A stretch of DNA of 63,246 nt, counting the filler, from Octopus bimaculoides (taxonomy: Eukaryota), in the NCBI RefSeq assembly GCF_001194135.2. It is 8 parts of 8 records of this genome, joined end to end, with 100 filler letters (N's around TTAATTAATTAA, not from the genome) between each part and the next. Parts side by side here need not be neighbours in the genome. Positions count along the whole stretch, not along the records: positions 38,664 to 55,920 come from NC_068993.1; positions 56,021 to 58,227 come from NC_068989.1; positions 58,328 to 61,170 come from NC_068996.1; positions 61,271 to 63,246 come from NC_069005.1; 4 more parts are not named here. One strand, 5' to 3'. The position numbers were made by a program, and so were the translations under genes. Below the pieces are notes generated by a model. That model ran no database searches, was not told where the DNA came from, and saw nothing but the letters and a program-made list of their open reading frames with translations. The number at the start of each line of letters is the position of its first letter. Positions within the stretch are counted from its first letter, which is position 1. Shown in pieces: positions 53,811-63,246 of this stretch.

Positions 53811-54220
53811 TGATTAGATTTTAGTTAATAAATNNNNNNNNNNNNNNNNNNNNNNNNNNNNNNNNNNNNNNNNNNNNNNNNNNNNNNNNNNNNNNNNNNN
53901 NNNNNNNNNNNNNNNNNNNNNNNNNNNNNNNNNNNNNNNNNNNNNNNNNNNNNNNNNNNNNNNNNNNNNNNNNNNNNNNNNNNNNNNNNNNNNNNNNNNN
54001 NNNNNNNNNNNNNNNNNNNNNNNNNNNNNNNNNNNNNNNNNNNNNNNNNNNNNNNNNNNNNNNNNNNNNNNNNNNNNNNNNNNNNNNNNNNNNNNNNNNN
54101 NNNNNNNNNNNNNNNNNNNNNNNNNNNNNNNNNNNNNNNNNNNNNNNNNNNNNNNNNNNNNNNNNNNNNNNNNNNNNNNNNNNNNNNNNNNNNNNNNNNN
54201 NTATATATATATATATATAT

Positions 54221-54256
<36 letters not shown>

Positions 54257-56304
54257 ACGAGGATATATAAACATATTCTCGTTTATCACTGATTCATTCT
54301 ACACGAATCAAGGATAACACTTTACACTCAACTGTGAACCATGGCACGCCTATCACGAATTGATCTGTAATAACATGGATCAGCGAGAACCTCACCACAA
54401 TTTCGCACTGTGTGTGCTGGCAACAATAATTCGTTGAGGCTGAATCATTGTGTAACAAACTATCTTATTAAATCCTGAAGCGTAAATTAAATCTGAACCA
54501 ACGATATTTTTTAGTTCAATTCGTCTCTGTTCGGGAACCTCTTTCCAAGAGATTTCGTACGCCAAATCTTTCAAAACTAAGCATCAAGATTAAGTCCTCT
54601 CATTCGCCCAAGAATAGGAACCAAGGGACCAATACCTTGTCTGGTATGTTGTCAACAAAAGATATTAATAATCGATAAGGTTGTCAGAAGTTCAATTATC
54701 AACATTGTAATGCAATAGAGAAATCCCTTTTGCATCGAAAATCCTTTATCAGAATATGCTAGTCAATGTGCACCATCTGCCTACGATACCGTTTAACTCT
54801 TTAGCTGCCACATCTCTGTGGGAAAGGCTGTACTTAGTCCCAAAATTGGCTGGTGATTTAATTCCATATTGATGGGAAAAAAAGATTGATAAACCAAAAT
54901 ATACATTTCAATAAGCAACAGGAGTAAGATAAATCCATCAAAGCTTAAGTGAATTAATGTTGCTAAATTTAACAAAATTTCTAAAGCAAGATGTAAAGTT
55001 TACTATCCATCAAAGTTTATTTCACTTACCGTTCAATCTCTCAACCCACAAAACTCAATAAAACATTCCCTCCAATTTCTGTGAACTATATTTTGATGTG
55101 AAACATCAAAGAAGAGCGGCAAACTTGGTTTTTAGCTGTTGTGCTGAACCTGGTCATGCCAAAATAGTTAGTCAAATGTCTGAATATAATTCACATAGCA
55201 TATCTAGTGCTGCGGATTTTCCATGTCTTCGTCTTCACTTGAGTATCAAACATTTGTCTCCGACATGCAGTAATTTATTGCGATTCAATGTTTGTCGTAC
55301 TGGGCATGTTATATATCCCTTATTGTTCAATTTTTTTCTGTTATATATATGTAAGTTGTGGTAACCACAGCAGAGATGGAGTTTGTTATATCTGGTGTGG
55401 GTCCCAGGATAGTATTTGCGACTAGCAAGGAAGTTATTTAAAAACTAAACATATTTTGGTGTGTAATAAGCATTTTTGTAATGTGTAATTTATCAGAAAT
55501 GGTTAATAGGTCAGAAATAGCAACAAAATCTTCCGCAAACTATTCCTTAATGTCCCAAGAAAACGGGAACAAAAGTGAACTAGAATTTGTTGTTTAGAAA
55601 GATGAGTGACTGACTTCAAAATGTTGGTGGTTTTTGTTGTTTTGTTGCTTGTCTAGAAATTTCATAAGAGACGCAGTATTATAGAAAGGATAGTGAAATA
55701 GACATTATTAGACACACAATTGATGATGACATGTCATAGTTTTTATATCCTCTTACATGTGTATATATTTAAAAACCTCATTTCGCTTGGAAGTAAGGAA
55801 CTATGCTTCAAAAACAGAAAAATTCTTAATTCACTCAATTAAAAAAACAGCTAATAAGAATAATAATGTACCAAAATACAAGAATTGATTGGAATTGAAA
55901 GTTTTGTCGGTGATACTTTTNNNNNNNNNNNNNNNNNNNNNNNNNNNNNNNNNNNNNNNNNNNNTTAATTAATTAANNNNNNNNNNNNNNNNNNNNNNNN
56001 NNNNNNNNNNNNNNNNNNNNACATATCTACATACGGATATATATATCTATATATATACATACATACGTACATACGTACATTAAGTACGTATCTACATATG
56101 TATGCATGTTTGTACGTATGTACGTATGTATTTACGCACGTACTTACGTAATGTAGGTATGTACGAATGTACGTAGTTACGTACCTATGTGCGTACGTAA
56201 GTACCTAATGTACGTATGTACGTATGTATGTATATATATATATATATATATGTCCGTATGTACGTACATAATGTACGTATGTACGTATGCACGAATGTAT
56301 GTAT

Positions 56305-56460
56305 GTGTGGTAAGTAGCTTGCTTACCAACCACATGGTTCCGGGTTCAGTCCCACTGCGTGGCACTTTGGGCAAGTGTCTTCTGCTATAGCCTCGGGCCG
56401 ACCAAAGCCTTCTGAGTGGATTTGGTAGGCGGAAACTGAAAGAAGCCCGTCGTATATATG

Positions 56461-56529
<69 letters not shown>

Positions 56530-56760
56530 GTGTTTGTGTGTGTTTGTGTGTCTGTGTTTGTCCCCCCATCATCGCTTGATAACCGATGCTGGAGTGTTTA
56601 CGTCCTCGTAACTTAGCGGTTGTGCAAAATGAGACCGAAAGAATAAGTACTAGGCTTACAAAGAATAAGTCCTGGGGTTGATTTTCTCGACTAAAGGCGG
56701 TGCTCCACCATGGCCACAGTTTCACAGACTGAAACAAGTAAAAGAGTAAAAGAGTAAAAT
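56305..56760 (+). mobile_element. tRNA-derived CORE-type SINE, family B, full-length representative with internal (TA)n(TG)n
   Basis: tRNA head (gtgtggtaagtagcttgc...ccgggttcagtccc), CORE-like gcac-ttgggcaagtgtct and (AAAAGAGT)n tail. Other copies: ~21955-22290(-), 23560-23850(-), 26318-26450(+), 28855-29050(-), 35085-35180(+), 40020-40400(-), 49190-49580(-), 51370-51720(-), 51990-52135(-), 58030-58200(+), 58810-58925(+), 62925-63246(-). Confidence 0.88.
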
Positions 56761-57288
56761 ATTATATATAACATATTATATACCACGTTCTTCACTGAAA
56801 CAATGTGTAGCAACAAATGTACATTTGACATCAATATTCTATTTGATTCTTTTTCTTCCTTACCCGCTACTAACTCACTATTGCTAGCCTGTATTTTACT
56901 CTTATTTCACAGAATCTCTGTCTCCGTCTCTGTCTCTCTCTTTCTAGCTCTTTATTTATCCGTCTATCTATACCTTTATCTATCTCCTCTATTCTATCAC
57001 ATGCATTTATATACATACGCGGACAGATGTTTAAGGGCGCATGTTTGTGTATCTTTATATGTGTACCTATGTCGTGTATACTATTAAAGTAATATTTGAT
57101 GATGCGATTCTCATTCAATGTACAGTATTCCTGGAAGAGTGCCAGGATATTCACGGTGGGCATGCCTTTGATCGTAAATTGTCTTCATAAGGAGAGACCT
57201 ACAGCAAATTCACAACTTATATACCTACAAGTGAAATGTTTCTTAACTAGGTAGAAATAGAATCTAAATTCCCATAAATGCATATGTC

Positions 57289-57322
<34 letters not shown>

Positions 57323-57489
57323 TGAGTGTATGTGTATGTGTTTGTGTGTGTGTGTGTGTACATGTCTTCTCAACGGAAAAAAAGCTGTCTCTATATCTGA
57401 GGCACAGCAATGGGTATGCGTTTTGCTCCAGTTTTCGCGAACTCAGTATTGGCATAAATGGAACAAAACCTAGATAAAATAAATTGAAG

Positions 57490-58025
57490 TAAACTACGGT
57501 ATGACATTTAGAAGACATATAGAGGACACATAGAAAAGATTTTGCGATGTTTTTTTTCTTTTTTTTTTTTTCCTAATTTGGACCAAATCCCTACAAAATC
57601 AGGAAGAATTCAGCACACTCCTCAGACTAGTCTCAAATTCACAAGAGAAATGAGCAACACACAATTACTATTTCCTAACATAATGGTAATTAAAAACAAC
57701 ACCACAATCATAACTGATATTTATTACAAAAATTAGATACACATCAGAACCTACATTTCAAATCATGCCACAAAACACACACAAAACGCAACATCCCGTA
57801 CTGTCGAGCTAGGAAAATTTTTACTATAGTAGATGATCTAAATACTCTCTCCTACTTATAGACAAAAGCATACAACGAGCAAAAGAGATAGCAATAGAAC
57901 AACTTAGAGGAACACGAGAAAGACTAACCCCTCAACGGAACACAATACTATTTTTAGTAACACACAACCCGCATCACCAAAACAAATTTGGCAATACTGA
58001 TACAAAGTGAAGAATTTAAAAAACA
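57490..58025 (+). mobile_element. Penelope-like retroelement RT/linker remnant, interrupted by a SINE at ~58030
   Basis: Reads LKFTREMSNTQLLFPNIMVIKNNTTIITDIYYK..DTHQNLHFKSCH..TKRNIPY..ARKIFTIVDD..LVTHNP, matching the PLE pattern FT.E....LPFLD...TD.Y.K.T.T..YL.F.S.HP...K.NIP. Confidence 0.85.
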
Positions 58026-58196
58026 TAACTAATGGGCGCAGGAGTGGCTGTTTGCTAAGAAACTTGCTTCTCAACCACATGGTTCCGGGTTCAGTCCTAC
58101 TGCGTGGCACCTTGGGCAAGTGTATGCTACTATAACCGCCGACTCACCAAAGCGTTGTAAGTGGATTTGGTAGACAGAAACTGAAAGAAGCACGTC

Positions 58197-58227
<31 letters not shown>

Positions 58228-58934
58228 NNNNNNNNNNNNNNNNNNNNNNNNNNNNNNNNNNNNNNNNNNNNTTAATTAATTAANNNNNNNNNNNNNNNNN
58301 NNNNNNNNNNNNNNNNNNNNNNNNNNNTTGGGTTGTAAAAGAGATTTTCTAAGGTGTTGTTGTTGCCATTGTTGTTATCATTGTATGTGTGGCTGTTGTT
58401 GTTGCTGTTGCTGTTGTTATTGTGACGGACGTTGTTGTTGCTGTTGTTCCTGGTGTGTGCGGTGCTGTTCGTGTGGTTGTTGCTATTGCTGTTATCATTG
58501 CTGTTGCTGATGGTGGTAGTGTAATCATTATTGTTGTTGGTGGTGGTGGTGGTGGCGGTGTAGTTATTGTTGCCATTTTCATTGTTATTGTTGGTTGCAT
58601 TGTGAATATTATGCGTATTACTGTCGTGGTGGTTTCTTACAACTGAGTTGTTGTTATATTCTTAACGTTTCTTCGTTTAACTTTCAACATATAAACATTA
58701 TACGGTATACATTCCATAAAACGAACTGTTTTAAGAATTTTAAGTGGATTAATAGATATCAAACAGAACCATTATTTTTCATAGTTTCTTATACTCTAAG
58801 TTGGTGCAGCTATATATATTAAGAAGTTTACTTTTCAGCCACAGGGCTCCAGGTTCAACAACCTCGGGCCGACCAAAGTCTTGTGATTGGATTTGGTAGC
58901 TGGAAACTGAAAGTAACCCATCGCATGTGTGTGC

Positions 58935-58970
<36 letters not shown>

Positions 58971-59490
58971 CGAATTGCTTCCTAGATTTTTAGCCAAGAT
59001 TCAAGATTCAGATTTTTTTACGAGTTCCTTCTATTGTTCTCGGTATTTGTACTAAGATATTTATGAGAGCCAACAGTCATAGATAAGTTCTATTCTTTAA
59101 CTGAGTATTTGCGGTTACCAAAGTTCATTACAAGATAACAGGGAAAATCCTTTGTTTACCCTGACTTAATTTAGTTAGAAAAAGTACAAATACAGAAACC
59201 AAACTCAATTCTACATCTTTCACTTGTCCCCCTTCGATGGAAGAACACATCTCTCTTTTATTCCCTTCATTTATAGCTTGTCACCACGAGACCATGCGAC
59301 TTTCACCCTCTCTACTTTCTTCTTCTTCTTCTTCTTCTTCTTCTTCTTCTTCTTCTCCTCCTTCTCCTCCTTCTCCTCCTTCTCGTTCTTCTTCTTTTTC
59401 TTCTTCTTCTTCTTCTTCTTCTTGGACTATGGAACGTCAACTAATCTGTAGAACTCGAAGTTGCTTCTTACATTGTCACAATAAAATACA

Positions 59491-59562
<72 letters not shown>

Positions 59563-59614
59563 CAACACACACACACACACACACATACATACACACACAC
59601 ACACATACACACAC

Positions 59615-59850
59615 ATACACATACACTAGCTCAGTATCCCGTCGCTGCCGAGAAATTTTCACAATAGATTGCTTTGGCGAACTTTCGAAGTACACCACAC
59701 CCACATAAGCTGAAATTTTCTCCGTTTTGACGGGGATTTTTCAGGTTTTTTCCCCCACTACATCCTTGCAAATGATGGGGGTAAGCTTTTTATGTAAACA
59801 ATTTTTGAAATATTATTAATCCCCACCCCCTCACAATTCTGGACCGATTT
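59615..59850 (+). mobile_element. Possible Helitron-like non-autonomous element, 5' part
   Basis: Begins a-ctagctcagtatcccgtcgctgccgag and contains ggaccgattttgtcaaacttt, reminiscent of short Helitron-type repeats. Confidence 0.4.
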
Positions 59851-61270
59851 TGTCAAACTTTTCTTCTTTGGCTCGTGGTAGTGGTGGTGGTGCTGGTGCT
59901 GGTCATTTTGGCTGGTACTGGTATCGTTGTTGGTAGCAGTGGATGTGGTGATCATGGTGGATTGGGTAGTGGAGAATGATGGTAAAAATTCTAGTGGTGG
60001 TAGCGGTGGTGATGGTGGTGGTGATAGTAGTGTAGTGGTGATGGTGGTGGTGGTGGGGATGGTAGTGTAGTGGTGATGATGGTGGTGGTAGTGATGGTAG
60101 TGGTGGTGATGGTGGTAGCGGTATACTGTTGGCTGTGACAGGTTGCGTTTAATTAAACATAAACTATAATGCTCACGTGACAAAATCGGTTTAAAAAATA
60201 AACTTATATGGCTGCACTAAACAGTAAATATTTTTACATATTTTTCACATAAGTTAAAATTTACTTTCGCAAACATCTCTACCACCACCAACACCACCAA
60301 CACCACTTTCACCACCTCGACTACCACCATCAACAACACCATCACCACCACTACTGCCATCACAACTACCACGACAATTACCAGAATCACCCATCATAAC
60401 CACTTCTACCACCATCATCACCACATCAACTACAACTATTACCAAAGAGTGTAGAATCCTTGTCGCTATGTGGATGATTGATCTTCAAGAAATAGTAGTC
60501 AGATATCTCAAAATACAATCTACCATTTAAAAAAAAAGGAATTCTTAAATGAATGACATATCAGATAATAATAGTCCGGGACAGATTATGGCCTGAAAAC
60601 AGCATGGTCTTGGCTAGAATGTCTTTGGACATAGATGTATAGGATCAGGGCTTACTTTGAGCTTACAAATATAACCTCTCACCCCCACCCCCAGCGCCAG
60701 CACTGGCACTATCGCCTCACTACCACTACCATCACTTCTGCCGACACCATTACCAGCTCAGATCCCATCCCCACCCACACATGATCAATCACAACCCGCC
60801 ACCACCACACCATCACCAACGCCAATACTAGCACCACTAACACAACCACCACTACCACCACCACCACCACTAGTATTATCTACCATCATTGCCAGAAGAA
60901 ACTTATTCATCCATCGAAACAACTATAACCAACATTAACACTACTACCACGACAATCACCACTATCACCACCGCCACCACCACCACCACCACCACCACTA
61001 TCACCACCAGCATTATCACCACCACCAACAACAACACTATCTACCATTATTGCCAGAAGAAACTTTTCATCCAACTACCACCACCATCGAAGCAACTACC
61101 ACCACCATCACTACCACCACTACCACCACTACCACCACCATCGGTACCATCACTACAACTACCACCACCANNNNNNNNNNNNNNNNNNNNNNNNNNNNNN
61201 NNNNNNNNNNNNNNTTAATTAATTAANNNNNNNNNNNNNNNNNNNNNNNNNNNNNNNNNNNNNNNNNNNN

Positions 61271-62609
61271 CCAACAGACGAACGAACGATCGAACGAAAG
61301 AATTAGGGAACAAACGTACGTACGAACGGACGTACGAACGAACGTACGTGTGTACGAAAGAACGAACGAACGAACGACCGAACGATCGATGGAATGAACG
61401 AAAGAACGAACGTACGTACGCACGAAGAATGGGACGTATGTATGTACGTACGGACGTACAAACGAACGAACGAACGTACGTACGAACGAAATAACGAAAG
61501 AACTAACGAAGGTACGTACATACGTACGTGCGAACGAAGGAACGGACGTGCGTACGTACGTACGTACCTGCGTACCAACGTATGTACGTACGTACATGCG
61601 TACGTACGAACGAACGAACGATCGTACATAAGTACCTACCTAAGTACGTACGCACGAATTAACGAACGAAAGTACGTATGTACGTACGTACGTTCGTCTG
61701 TTCATTCGTTGGTTCATTCTTTCGTTAGTTCGTTCGTTCGTTCGTATGTACGTTCGTTTATTCATTCGTGCGTACGTACTTACGTACGGTTGTTCGTTCG
61801 TTCATACGTACTTATCTACGTACGTACGTTCGTTCGTTATTTCGTACGTACGCATGTACGTACGTACACACGTTGGTACGCAGGTACGTATGTACGTACG
61901 CATGTCGTACGTACGTACGTTCGTTTGGTCGTTTGTACGTACGTACGTATGTATGTAAGTAGCTTCGTTAGTTCTTTGGTTCTTTCGTTAATTTGTTCGT
62001 TCGTGCGTCCGTTCGTTCGATCGTTGGTTTGTACGTCCGTACGTACGATTGTTCGTGCGTACGTACGTTCGTTAGTTCGTCCATTCGTTCGTACGTACGT
62101 ATGTACGTTCGTTTGTTCATTCGTTCGTACGTACTTATCTACGTACGTACGTTCGTTCACTATTTCGTACGTACGCATGTACGTGGGTAACACACTGGGG
62201 TACGCAGGTACGTACGTATGTACGCACGTCGCACGTACGTACGTAAGCACGTTGTACGTACGTTCATTCGTTAGTTCGGTCGTTCGTACGTACGTATGTA
62301 CGTACCTTCGTTAGTTCTTTCGTTCTTTCGTTAGTTCGTTCTTTCGTTCGATCGTTCGTTCGTTCGTACGTACGTACGTAATTACCTTTGTTCGTTCGTA
62401 CTTACGTACGTTCGAAGGAACAAAAGAAGGATCGAAAGTACGTAAGTACGTCCGAACGAACGAACGATCGTACGTAACTACCTACCTAAGTACGTACGCA
62501 CGAATTAACGAACGAAAGAACGTATGTACGTACGTACGTTCGTTTGTTCATTCGTTGGATCATTCTTTCGTTAGTTCGTTCGTTCGTTCGTAGGTACGAA
62601 TGTATGTAC
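61271..62609. repeat. CpG-rich complex tetranucleotide satellite (ACGT/ACGA/TCGT) with internal inversions and higher-order repeats
   Basis: 61561-61610 is the reverse complement of 61841-61890 (49/50). ~61611-61750 recurs directly at ~62455-62590. Confidence 0.9.
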
Positions 62610-63145
62610 NNNNNNNNNNNNNNNNNNNNNNNNNNNNNNNNNNNNNNNNNNNNNNNNNNNNNNNNNNNNNNNNNNNNNNNNNNNNNNNNNNNNNNNNNNN
62701 NNNNNNNNNATATATATATATATATGAGAGATGGGGATTGAGGTGGATCATGACCAAATTTACTGCACATAAATCTGATTCAATATGGGTCTAACTGGTC
62801 CAGTGAAGTTTGATGCGCTCCACAAATTCCCAGTAAAAAAAAAGAAAAGAAAAAATCAATTAATTAGTAGGTCTTCATACACACACACACACACACACAC
62901 ATATGATGATGATGATATTTACCTTTTTACTTGTTTCAGTTGTTAGACTGCGGCCATGCTGGAACACCACCTTGAAGAATCTTAGTTGAATGAATTGACA
63001 CCAGTACTTTTTTTTTTTTAAGCCAGGTACTTATTCTATCAGTCTCATTTGCCGAACCACTAAGTTGCAGGGACATAAATACACCAACACCAGTTGTCAA
63101 ATAGCACTGGGGGACAAACACATACACACACAAAGATACACACAA

Positions 63146-63181
<36 letters not shown>

Positions 63182-63246
63182 ACGGGCTTTTTCAGTTTCC
63201 TTCTACCAAATCCACTTACAAGGCTTTGGTTGGCCCAAGGCTATAG

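Noticed and set aside
54290-54790. Possible retroelement RT remnant
   Set aside because: No convincing catalytic motif in any frame.
61394-62314. 306-aa ORF rich in R/T/Y/V
   Set aside because: It is a translation of the ACGT satellite, which is stop-poor by composition.

Overview
AT-rich, repeat-saturated animal genomic DNA with many N gaps. The SINE repertoire looks like an octopus (cephalopod) genome; this is recognition from memory, not a database hit. The window is at least 8 pieces joined by an artificial 100-bp linker (44 N + TTAATTAATTAA + 44 N), so long-range order is not guaranteed. Almost every ORF in the track is microsatellite or gap noise. I can support only one host coding exon: the terminal exon of a CFAP97/KIAA1430 (hemingway)-like ciliary gene at 42074-42328 (+). 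The rest is mobile DNA: tRNA-derived SINEs of several families, RTE/L1-type and Penelope-like retroelement remnants, Tc1/mariner elements and MITEs, plus piggyBac-like and Helitron-like short elements. The Tc1/mariner set includes a near-complete element with apparent DD36E spacing. The most interesting signal is non-coding: at least six minimal type-I hammerhead-ribozyme-like motifs. Three dispersed copies share a non-canonical CUGUUGA core, and two lie in a ~122-bp tandem array. Other notable structures are a CpG-rich fold-back ACGT satellite, a 34-bp minisatellite, several long palindromes, a candidate 30-nt microexon and two promoter-like motif clusters. There are no CRISPR arrays, rRNA genes or genuine tRNA genes.
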